From contig JAKSIJ010000006.1 in NCBI GenBank assembly GCA_024398875.1, positions 59,802 through 123,801 on the forward strand: a DNA stretch of 64,000 nucleotides, in the 5' to 3' direction. Below are positions 43,654 through 52,353 of the stretch, piece by piece. The DNA comes from Fibrobacter sp. (GTDB lineage Bacteria > Fibrobacterota > Fibrobacteria > Fibrobacterales > Fibrobacteraceae). The translations under genes were made by a program, and so were the position numbers. Every line of letters begins with the position of its first letter. Position 1 is the first letter of the stretch. The notes under the pieces are model-generated. The model made no database searches. It had not been told where the DNA came from and worked only from the letters and a program-made list of their open reading frames with translations.

Positions 43654-44852
43654 TAGGCAACCCCTTCTGACTTCTGAAGCAGCTTTTTCAGGAATTCCAG
43701 CAGTTGGTGGTAGGAATCCTCGACCTTGGTGCGCTCGTGAGCAAGGAACGTACCCACCAGGCGAGTGTCCGCCATGTTCCGGCGGGAATAGCCCGCTGTG
43801 GACTGAAGCTGCGTAATGACGCCTTCACGAATGAGGGCGGAAACCGTTTCCTTCTGACCCCGAGCAAAAGGCCCGACGCAAGTGGCAACACCCATCTGGA
43901 GGGGTTCCCAGAAATCGTGAACCCCCAAACCACGACCGAAGGAGCCGCCAATCACTGCGGACTTGGAAGTGGCAAAGACATCCTTGGTGAGACCATACTG
44001 GCTCACGATGGAGACAGCGCCCTTCTGCACCAGGGGCCATTCCACCACTATGATTTCCTGGTCCTGGAGGGCCTTCCTGAATTCTGAAACCTCGGAAAGA
44101 CGGCGAGGCACCAGCACCACTGATTCCTGACGCTTGATGGAAGACACAATCATGCGGCAGAGGCTAACCCATTCCGAAATATGCATGGAGATGAATGCCG
44201 TATCCACCGTGGGATTTTCCGGAGCGGAGACTTCCTTGCCTGAGCGGACCCAAGGAAGAAGTTTCCAATCGCCACCAATCATCATGTGGGACAGGGCGGA
44301 CTTGGAAACCACCGATAGAAGTCTGGAAAGGTCGGCGCCTGTCTGCATGCAGGCAAAGCCTACGGCTGAGAAATCTATGCCCGGCAGGGAGCGGTAGTAA
44401 CGGCCAGAAACCAGAGCCACCGAGGGCTTGGTAGAAATGCTGCGCATGGTGGAAAGGTAACCCGGCCAGAGTTCATTTTCAGCGAGAATCAGACCCAATG
44501 GCTGCACCTTCTCCACAAAGTTCTTCATGGCGGCGGGCGTATCGGCGGGAGCGAGAGCGGCATCCACCTTGCCCTTGCCTGCATCTTGCAAAAAAGAAAG
44601 TACCTCCACCTTCTGGGTGGTGATGAGCATTTTCGGGCAAGCGGGCAGGTCTTCCTGAAGGAAGGTGGCCAGATTCAAGAGCATGCGGCATTCGCCGAGA
44701 CTTGCGCCATGGAGCCAGAGATAAGGACCCACCGGCCAGGGGCCATCCAAACGGTCTTTCACATGAAATTTGCTTTCCAGCACAGGCACCTTGGTAACGG
44801 CCTGCGCTGCGACTCCCGCCACCTGACGGGCAACATCCAGAAAATTAAACAT
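43653..44852 (-). CDS. waaA: 3-deoxy-D-manno-octulosonic acid (Kdo) transferase
   Basis: LWLHGASLGE, ENELWP, VLVPRR, IGGSF..HDFWEP..GP. Confidence 0.8.
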   Translation of the reverse strand: MFNFLDVARQVAGVAAQAVTKVPVLESKFHVKDRLDGPWPVGPYLWLHGASLGECRMLLNLATFLQEDLPACPKMLITTQKVEVLSFLQDAGKGKVDAALAPADTPAAMKNFVEKVQPLGLILAENELWPGYLSTMRSISTKPSVALVSGRYYRSLPGIDFSAVGFACMQTGADLSRLLSVVSKSALSHMMIGGDWKLLPWVRSGKEVSAPENPTVDTAFISMHISEWVSLCRMIVSSIKRQESVVLVPRRLSEVSEFRKALQDQEIIVVEWPLVQKGAVSIVSQYGLTKDVFATSKSAVIGGSFGRGLGVHDFWEPLQMGVATCVGPFARGQKETVSALIREGVITQLQSTAGYSRRNMADTRLVGTFLAHERTKVEDSYHQLLEFLKKLLQKSEGVA

Positions 44853-44854
44853 GA

Positions 44855-45529
44855 CTAACCTATATACAATTTCTTTAAATACAGCAATAAATTAAAAAAC
44901 AAGAGCCAGCCCCAGGTAGACCTATCTGCCAAAAAAGCAGCACAAAAGGAACGTTTGGGGGCAAATACAAGCGGATATTCCTTCTGGAGTGGCCGAATCT
45001 GCTTCTGCTTTTTATAAATCGCAATGCGGTTCAACGGAATCATGGGAGTCTCCCGAGCCCAGTTCCTCCACGTATCGCCAAACTTCCCTTCCAGAAAGCG
45101 GTCTTCCTCTCGAGCGAGAATCCACTCAAACGTAAAAACCGCCAATACGAAAGGAAAGGCCAAAAGATTCGGGCCCAAGGCAATAAAAATCGCGCCCACC
45201 GCCAAAAGAGTGTTGGAAAAATACAGCGGGTGCCTCGTATAGGCGTAGGGACCAACCATGACGAGTTCATCGGCTTCCAGCTTGTTCCCGCGGGAATGGG
45301 CACCAATGTACTGGCGGGCTTTAATGCGAAGTAGCGCTCCCGCCACATAAAGAGCAAGACCTATGCAATAAAATTCCATCTGGTCCAAGGACAAAGGCTG
45401 AAAAACTTCACCGGAGGGCAATAGAAATGCGGGTACTAAAAATTCGGGCAACGGCTGCCCCGGCACCGCAAGAAGCGCAAGCGCCAGAACGCCCAGAATG
45501 TAGCCGCGGAATTGGTACAACTTATTCAT
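44855..45529 (-). CDS. ICMT/PEMT-family membrane methyltransferase (LmtA-like candidate)
   Basis: GPYAYTRHPLYFSN, EEDRFLEGKFGDTWRNWARETP; start 45529 overlaps the ABC transporter stop. Confidence 0.75.
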   Translation of the reverse strand: MNKLYQFRGYILGVLALALLAVPGQPLPEFLVPAFLLPSGEVFQPLSLDQMEFYCIGLALYVAGALLRIKARQYIGAHSRGNKLEADELVMVGPYAYTRHPLYFSNTLLAVGAIFIALGPNLLAFPFVLAVFTFEWILAREEDRFLEGKFGDTWRNWARETPMIPLNRIAIYKKQKQIRPLQKEYPLVFAPKRSFCAAFLADRSTWGWLLFFNLLLYLKKLYIG

Positions 45530-47069
45530 GTTCCACATCCACAACCTGGAAGGTACTCTCCAGATTTTCGGGCAGGGCGTCGTGGCTGGACATGAGCACC
45601 CACTTTCCGGTGGCTGCAGCAGCCGCCAGAAATTCCTGCAGGATGGGGGCCCGATCGGCGAGGGCGATGGAGGCCAGCGGTTCGTCCAGCAGGACTACTT
45701 TTGCTTTGGAGGCGAGGGCCCACAAGAGGCCCATGCGGGAGCGCTCCCCGCCGGACAGGCCCGATTTTTCTAGCAGCGGCTTCGCGCCCGAGACCTCGAT
45801 AAAGCGGAGGACGGCGGGGGCGCAGTTTTTTTCTACGAGGGTGCGGAGAAGTTCCCGCGGCGGAAGTTCAAAATCCTGCGACATCATGAAAATGCCCGCG
45901 GCAAGGGCCTTAGACGGAAGGCGCATATCGCCCGAGTTCCATTCCTCAAGCCCTGCGATAAGCCGGAGGAGCGTTGTCTTGCCGGCACCATTTCGCCCGC
46001 GGAGAAGCACGGGGAGGTTTTCGTTCAAGGTAAAGTTCTGGCCCGAAAAGACGACCGCTGCCGACCCATCATAACCAAAAACGCCCTTCTCAATCTGAAG
46101 TCCCTCGCCCATTTTCACCTTGCAGGGATTTTTCTTGGGCACATCGCCAAAGCGAAGCAGCAGGCGGTAGGCGCTCATGGCGGAGCGGAACTGGGGAATC
46201 ACCCGGGCGCATTCCTTCACCGGTTTGTAACTGAGGAGCACTGCCGAGCAGAACAGCACCAGACCCTGGGCGTCCATCCAGCCTTTGGAAATGAGAAGCG
46301 CGCAAAAAGCTAGTACCACAACCATGGCCAGGACCGAAACCGTCTCCATCATGAGGGAGAGTCCGTTTTTCTGGATGGAAGCCTTGAGTCCCCGTTTGGC
46401 GAGATAGCGGATGGATTCCAATAGGTTGGAAGAAACGGCGGCACGTTCGAAGGGAGAACTCCAGTTTTTATAGAGACGGCGGGCACGGTTCAAATCGGTG
46501 CGGAATTTGGATTTTGCAAAAAGGAGCGTTTCCTCCTCGGGTCCAAGTTTGTGGAGTTTCCGCTGCATCCAGGCCACCAGAGGGACCACCACCACGAAAA
46601 GGAAAAGGGTCAATGGCCAGGAAATGAACAGAAGTACCGGCAGGAAAACCAAAAGCTGCAAAACCGCCTGGATTCCCTGGAAAAAAACGGTCCCGTTGGT
46701 TTGGAGGACTTGAGTCGCCTCAAAGGCGGATTCCACCTGGGCCTCTCCCTCCGGCAAATGGAAGAATCGGGGGGAAATGCTGCGCAGTGTCCGCAAAAAC
46801 CAGGCGGTGACGTTTGCTCCCGTGTTGAAAATCCAAGTTTCCGAAAGGCGGGTCTTACCGAGGAGAAGGGCCAGACGGATGGCAGAAAGGACCACCATGA
46901 TGAGGACCCATTGCCAAAGGGCGATGGGCGGCTCGCCAGACAAAAGCTCCATGAAGGAGCGGATTCCCCACAGCAAAGCGGCGTCTACGGCACTGGCCAG
47001 AAGGGCCACGGGCAGGAAGCGCAAAATGCCGCCACAAAGGGATTTTTTGAGCCATTTTCCTAAATTCAC
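45522..47069 (-). CDS. ABC exporter, fused permease-ATPase (MsbA-like, shortened)
   Basis: About 6 TM helices then GRNGAGKT, LSGGE, LLDEP, SSHD; first gene of the waaA operon. Confidence 0.75.
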   Translation of the reverse strand: MNLGKWLKKSLCGGILRFLPVALLASAVDAALLWGIRSFMELLSGEPPIALWQWVLIMVVLSAIRLALLLGKTRLSETWIFNTGANVTAWFLRTLRSISPRFFHLPEGEAQVESAFEATQVLQTNGTVFFQGIQAVLQLLVFLPVLLFISWPLTLFLFVVVVPLVAWMQRKLHKLGPEEETLLFAKSKFRTDLNRARRLYKNWSSPFERAAVSSNLLESIRYLAKRGLKASIQKNGLSLMMETVSVLAMVVVLAFCALLISKGWMDAQGLVLFCSAVLLSYKPVKECARVIPQFRSAMSAYRLLLRFGDVPKKNPCKVKMGEGLQIEKGVFGYDGSAAVVFSGQNFTLNENLPVLLRGRNGAGKTTLLRLIAGLEEWNSGDMRLPSKALAAGIFMMSQDFELPPRELLRTLVEKNCAPAVLRFIEVSGAKPLLEKSGLSGGERSRMGLLWALASKAKVVLLDEPLASIALADRAPILQEFLAAAAATGKWVLMSSHDALPENLESTFQVVDVEHE

Positions 47070-47145
47070 GCCTAAAATGTAAAAAATTTGAAGGGGGCCC
47101 CTTTACAAAACGACTTTCTTTCCTATATTTGGCCCTACACCAGAT

Positions 47146-47218
47146 GCCCCTATCGTCTAGTGGCCCAGGACTCGGGATTTTCATTCCCGCAACAGCAGTT
47201 CGAAACTGCTTGGGGGTA
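47146..47218 (+). tRNA. tRNA-Glu (TTC), CCA not encoded
   Basis: Cloverleaf with anticodon arm CGGGA-TTTTCAT-TCCCG and T arm AGCAG-TTCGAAA-CTGCT. Confidence 0.95.
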
Positions 47219-47222
47219 TAAT

Positions 47223-47255
47223 AAAAGAGGTACGTCGCAAGGCGTACCTCTTTTT
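47223..47255 (+). terminator. Intrinsic (probably bidirectional) terminator after tRNA-Glu
   Basis: AAAAGAGGTACG-TCGCAAGG-CGTACCTCTTTTT. Confidence 0.8.
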
Positions 47256-47297
47256 CGTAATGAATTAGTTTTGCCACTACACCACATATTCAGACAT

Positions 47298-48206
47298 TTA
47301 CAAAAGCCAAGAAACTGAGGCGGAACCAAAGAACAATCTTTCATTGAGCTGATCCCCGTTGATAACAGTAACGCCAACGCTATACTGCATAGTTTTGTGG
47401 AAATTGTATGTGACACCAAAGTAATTGGAGAAATAGAGCGGAAAATCAAAGGTGATTTGCGCTTCATTCTTATCATAACCTGTTGACCTTCCTGCCAATT
47501 CCTTCGTCAAAAACTGCGGAAAATGAATCATAGGAGCATAGATTAAAGCGACGGGGCCAAGAAATAAACTAGCAAAGGAGCCAATTCCAGCCCTTAAGTG
47601 GAGTTGATAATGATCATAGCTGTCTATAAAAGCTTCCGGCTCAGGCCAGGTTTGAATAAAAGGTTCCGAAGCCGATATACCCTCATAGCTGTATTTAGTG
47701 CTATTGTAGTCAACGCCTAAATATGCTGAAGCTCCAAGCTCGCCATAATTTCCGTTGATGCCAATGGTTGCCGTGCCATAAGGCATAAGGTCGAGTCCAA
47801 GCCCCAAAGAAACGAATTTCAATTTATGTTTTTCCAACATTTCTACTTGAACGCTTAGGGGACTTTCCTTAAAAATATAGGTCAGATCTGCGCGACCAGG
47901 GTTAATTTTTTCAGAATAATCATCTTTACTAGCATATCTTTCCCCATCCCGCACATACGCAGAGCCAGTCCAAACTTTTGACAGTTTCGTTTCCTTGCCT
48001 CCGTAACCATTGGTACTCAGGGACACTCTTTTGACTTTAGAATTCTCCTCCATCTTGAATTCGGCTCCACGAACAGGCTGCTGGAGAGTGACGTCAAACT
48101 CCCCTTCAATGACGCTCATCTTGTAGCTGGTGGTTGCACAGCCAACGAAAAGGCTGCACAACCCTATGCACGACATCAAGAAAATATGTAAAACAAATTG
48201 TTTCAC
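47298..48206 (-). CDS. Hypothetical lipoprotein, possible outer-membrane beta-strand protein
   Basis: FVG-C lipobox; Gly/aromatic-rich strands ending SVSWLL. Confidence 0.65.
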   Translation of the reverse strand: MKQFVLHIFLMSCIGLCSLFVGCATTSYKMSVIEGEFDVTLQQPVRGAEFKMEENSKVKRVSLSTNGYGGKETKLSKVWTGSAYVRDGERYASKDDYSEKINPGRADLTYIFKESPLSVQVEMLEKHKLKFVSLGLGLDLMPYGTATIGINGNYGELGASAYLGVDYNSTKYSYEGISASEPFIQTWPEPEAFIDSYDHYQLHLRAGIGSFASLFLGPVALIYAPMIHFPQFLTKELAGRSTGYDKNEAQITFDFPLYFSNYFGVTYNFHKTMQYSVGVTVINGDQLNERLFFGSASVSWLL

Positions 48207-50075
48207 TTAGAAATCCTTCACACAGACGATTGAAGTTTCTGCATTTTGGGGCCACACCGCACTTTGAAGTGTTCCCACCCCATTTTGACCCGTAAAAAAG
48301 ACCGCTATTTCAAGTTCTTCTACAACAGGTGTGCTAGTTTTATAGGAAACAGCTTCAATGGAAGTCGTATCAGTTTTAATCGCTCTAGCTTCTCCACGCT
48401 TAACCAAATTTGCATACGCTCCCCACTCATTCACGCTGGGAATGTGAAAACCATCGGGACATAATAATCTCTCCACATTTTCCCATTTTCCAGAACCTTT
48501 CCAAGCCAAAGCAGAATCGAGCCATATTTTATCTTCCAATACAATAACACCATATAGGTGGCTATCTTTGGTATTATAGACATATCTTATGTTTCTATAA
48601 TCCAGATTATTCTTATCTGGTCCAACATAAAACATTCCGTCCTTCATCTGCCCATACATTTCCCTGCTGGAAGAATCAGTTTCCTCCACAAAATAAGAAT
48701 ACCGCCCATCAGACTGATTAAGTTTCATCCACTGGTATGTTTTGTCGTTGTCAAAGCACCCATAAACTTCGGATTTATATTTCAAAATCTGTAGTGTATC
48801 ACTTTTACGGTTACACAGCTGACCAGTCCTAAACGCATAGGCATCTAATTCGCTTGACCAGTGCCACTCTCCAATCGGCCCCCAATAGATATTTGAAGGC
48901 TGTCCGCAAACCGCAATAGTGTCGTTATATTCGAACATTTGCCCATACTCAATATTAACACCACAAATTCCTATATCGTAATCCAGAAGGGAGGCATCCA
49001 TCCACTCATTACCTCTACAGTAGAAGTAGCGATCAAGGATTCTCTCCACCTGGTTGTCTTCACATTTCCCCAAAAGGTACTTGCGGTTTTCACGGTCATA
49101 TGAGCCCTCCACCCAACCGCTATCCTTGCAAATAAGGAACGAAGAGTCGGTCAATTCGTAAGTGAGATCTTTCCGATAGGTAGAACACAACGGCAGGGAG
49201 TCGTATGAGTCATTATACAATTTCCAGCCATAGCCTCTGTTGCATACTAGGATTGTCCCATAAAATTTGCTACTTTCATCAAAGATTGTATCTGCAAAAT
49301 AGTCGCTACTGCATGTATCAAAGCCATAGGCCTGTGTACATATACCATTGTAATTACCACAACCCATTTCCATATTTTCCAACACAAAATCAGCAATAGG
49401 AATTGTGCCCATTTTTAACTGCAATGATTCGCCGTAATCCTTCACGACTGCAGCAAACTTTTCCTCAAAATCAGCGTCTGACAAATATACTTGAAGCCAA
49501 ATGCCTAATTGATTCTCTACAACCGCTATGTAGTTGTAGGTACTATCTAAATCTTTCTGCGCAAGCCTATTAGCAATATAGTAGGGCAATCCCTCTTCCT
49601 TCACATAATGCAAAATACGGCTAGATTTGAATGCCTGCTCAAAATTAAGATCGAAATCTGCTGAATCCTGACCTATATCAACAATAATTTCCAGTTGTCC
49701 TGTGGTGACAAAATTGGAATTTTTCATCCACGAGCCAGATATGACGAATTTAACAAGGGGCGAATCATAGTCGGCAGCCCCAAATTGACAATTTAATCTC
49801 GCATCAGAAGTTTCGCAATTTGCGTTGTTTTTTAGAACCGGATTGAATAAAGAATCCAACTCATATAGACTTACAGAATCAGGTTTAAAGGTACAAACAC
49901 TAGTAAAATCCTTATGTTTGAAGGTTTCATTTAAGGCTCTCAGTGACAGCGGCCTATTTTCCAAAGAATAGAATGTTTCTAACCGACTATCCTTATCATC
50001 AATAAATTCAACACCATAGTCATCACTACAACTCCAAAACATTAGAAGCGATATGAATAAGAATATCCATCTCAT
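48207..50075 (-). CDS. Lipoprotein with a Fib_succ_major-like C-terminal domain and Cys/Trp repeats
   Basis: FWS-C lipobox; repeated (L/F)xC...W units; LCPDGFHIPSVNEW. Confidence 0.7.
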   Translation of the reverse strand: MRWIFLFISLLMFWSCSDDYGVEFIDDKDSRLETFYSLENRPLSLRALNETFKHKDFTSVCTFKPDSVSLYELDSLFNPVLKNNANCETSDARLNCQFGAADYDSPLVKFVISGSWMKNSNFVTTGQLEIIVDIGQDSADFDLNFEQAFKSSRILHYVKEEGLPYYIANRLAQKDLDSTYNYIAVVENQLGIWLQVYLSDADFEEKFAAVVKDYGESLQLKMGTIPIADFVLENMEMGCGNYNGICTQAYGFDTCSSDYFADTIFDESSKFYGTILVCNRGYGWKLYNDSYDSLPLCSTYRKDLTYELTDSSFLICKDSGWVEGSYDRENRKYLLGKCEDNQVERILDRYFYCRGNEWMDASLLDYDIGICGVNIEYGQMFEYNDTIAVCGQPSNIYWGPIGEWHWSSELDAYAFRTGQLCNRKSDTLQILKYKSEVYGCFDNDKTYQWMKLNQSDGRYSYFVEETDSSSREMYGQMKDGMFYVGPDKNNLDYRNIRYVYNTKDSHLYGVIVLEDKIWLDSALAWKGSGKWENVERLLCPDGFHIPSVNEWGAYANLVKRGEARAIKTDTTSIEAVSYKTSTPVVEELEIAVFFTGQNGVGTLQSAVWPQNAETSIVCVKDF

Positions 50076-50692
50076 AGATAAATCCTCACATCACAACGTT
50101 CCTCTGCATGCTGCACCGACATGCTTAACTTCATATCTTTCGACTTTATGTTCAAGTCAAAGAAATAGCTCACGCGTAGTTCACAATCGGTACCAAATTC
50201 CTCGGAATAGTACTCTCTATTGGGGATGGTGAATTCAAAGTCGTCCTTATCCAATTTATATACATAATCATACCCTTCATCATGGATAATAATGGATGTA
50301 GCATTTAGGCAATTCATATCCGTACAATCCACAATGTCCATCCAAAGTTTCCACCTACCACTTACATTAATCTCATACGAAAGATTGTTAACCTTCGAAT
50401 CGAACTTGCTGATAGAAACAAAAATCGGCGAAAGGGAGGAATCTTTAGACCTTTCTTTAAGAAGGATATTAGAAAAGGGGACATATCCAGAATAGAAGTG
50501 GCGATAATCTACAATGCTGTTGGAGTCCACCCTCTCCTTGTCATACTCAAGAATAAACGAGTCTAATTTGCTTAAGGATAAGTCACCAACTTTGAGGTAA
50601 GACATACCCAATGTTTCTGTTCCCCATTCATAGCCACACCCACAAATGCATAGCAAGACAAAAACAAGGATTATCTTCGGCAAGAATCGCAT
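50072..50692 (-). CDS. Hypothetical lipoprotein
   Basis: ICG-C lipobox; 4-bp overlap with the next gene. Confidence 0.65.
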   Translation of the reverse strand: MRFLPKIILVFVLLCICGCGYEWGTETLGMSYLKVGDLSLSKLDSFILEYDKERVDSNSIVDYRHFYSGYVPFSNILLKERSKDSSLSPIFVSISKFDSKVNNLSYEINVSGRWKLWMDIVDCTDMNCLNATSIIIHDEGYDYVYKLDKDDFEFTIPNREYYSEEFGTDCELRVSYFFDLNIKSKDMKLSMSVQHAEERCDVRIYL

Positions 50693-50827
50693 ACATGATA
50701 ATTCTAGTAAAATTTTTAGTTTATGGCGATGCCCCTTTGCTTACGACAAATTTTCAAACTATTTGTTTGGATTTCTACAAAAAATATGTATATTTATGTT
50801 TGGATTTTTACAAAATAGGACAAAAAT

Positions 50828-52192
50828 ATGTATTTTCAGCGCAATATCGACAAATTTCTGCTAGAATGGGCCAAATCAAAAGACCACAAACCTCTTTTAC
50901 TCCGCGGCGCACGCCAAGTCGGGAAATCTAGCGCGGTTGATCACCTGGGTAAAAAATTTGGAAATTGCGTAACCATAAACTTCGAAAGAAACCCGGAATA
51001 CAAAATCGCCTTCCAACAAAATTTGGATGTGGGCAGAATCGTTTCACAACTATCGGCTCTTAGTGGCATGCCTATTTCCCCAAAAAAGACTTTGCTTTTT
51101 CTGGATGAAATTCAGGAGTGTCCTGAAGCCATTATGTCGCTTCGATTTTTTTGGGAAGATTTACCGCAATTACATGTAATCGCAGCCGGCTCCCTTTTGG
51201 AATTTGCATTGCAGAGTCTTCCAACATTTGGTGTCGGGAGGATACATTCCATGTTCATGCATCCTATGACATTCGATGAATTTCTAATTGCCACCGGTAA
51301 TAAGCGCTTGTTAGAAGTGCGGCTTCAAGCGTCTTCCAAAGCACCGTTGCCAGATTCAATTCACAACAAACTAGTTGAATTATTCCGAACCTATATGATG
51401 GTGGGAGGCATGCCCGAAGCGGTCAAGAAATGGGTTGAGAGCAAGGACTACCTGCAATGTCAAGCCATACAAGACGACATTCTGATTACTTATGAAGATG
51501 ACTTTGCAAAATACAAATCGAAATGTGACCCTCAATTATTGCAGCTAACTTTTAGAAGCATTGCCCTGCAAATTGCAAACAAGTTCTCTCCAACAAAAGT
51601 CGGAAGCGGCTACAGAATAGAAAAAATAAAGAGCGCCGTTCAGTTACTGACGCAGGCAGGAATTGTCATTCCCGTAACACACTCCGATTCAAATGGTCTC
51701 CCCCTCGGTGGTGAAGCGAATCCAAGCTATCAGAAAATGCTCTTGCTTGATTCTGGGTTACAACTCCGATTGATGAATATGTCCCTAGGGAACGCTACTG
51801 CAACAGCCGCAGAAATTCTTACATCAAGTGTCGAAGATCTTGTAAACAAGGGTCCGCTCACAGAAATGCTTGCCGGACTGGAAATTTTGCGGAACAAAAC
51901 GCCGAACATGCGACACGAACTGTTTTATTGGAACCGTCAACAGAGAAATAGCTTAGCAGAGGTTGACTATGTTGACGCAAGAGCCGCAAAAGTCGCGCCC
52001 ATTGAAATTAAAGCTGGTAGTCAAGGTGGCATGAAAAGTCTTTGGATTATGATGCGAGAAAAAAATATTGCGAAAGCCTATCGCTGTTCCCTGGAAAACT
52101 TTGGTGAAATAAACTACACAGACAATCAAAGCGAAGGGGCTCTGAGGCATGTGGATATATACCCCCTCTACGCCATTTCGCAGATGCCGTAG
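50828..52192 (+). CDS. AAA_14 ATPase with DUF4143 domain
   Basis: PLLLRGARQVGKS, LFLDEIQE, AAGSLL, YMMVGGMPE, LLDSGL, WNRQQRNSLAEVDYV, PIEIKAG. Confidence 0.9.
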   Translation: MYFQRNIDKFLLEWAKSKDHKPLLLRGARQVGKSSAVDHLGKKFGNCVTINFERNPEYKIAFQQNLDVGRIVSQLSALSGMPISPKKTLLFLDEIQECPEAIMSLRFFWEDLPQLHVIAAGSLLEFALQSLPTFGVGRIHSMFMHPMTFDEFLIATGNKRLLEVRLQASSKAPLPDSIHNKLVELFRTYMMVGGMPEAVKKWVESKDYLQCQAIQDDILITYEDDFAKYKSKCDPQLLQLTFRSIALQIANKFSPTKVGSGYRIEKIKSAVQLLTQAGIVIPVTHSDSNGLPLGGEANPSYQKMLLLDSGLQLRLMNMSLGNATATAAEILTSSVEDLVNKGPLTEMLAGLEILRNKTPNMRHELFYWNRQQRNSLAEVDYVDARAAKVAPIEIKAGSQGGMKSLWIMMREKNIAKAYRCSLENFGEINYTDNQSEGALRHVDIYPLYAISQMP

Positions 52193-52353
52193 GCATTGCG
52201 AGAGTTCTCAAACTGGTTTTCTCCAGAACATTTATTGCCAAACCCATTATCTTATTTTAAATTTGGCGGCACGTTTAACTTTGGGCGTCTAAACAGCGTC
52301 CTACAGTGGACATTGGCTTCAGGATAGGTGCGAAGCGATGTCCTGAGGTGATT

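Noticed and set aside
47146-52300. Integrative element or prophage at tRNA-Glu
   Set aside because: No integrase, phage gene or duplicated tRNA 3' end was found by eye near 52.2 kb; kept only as a low-GC variable block.
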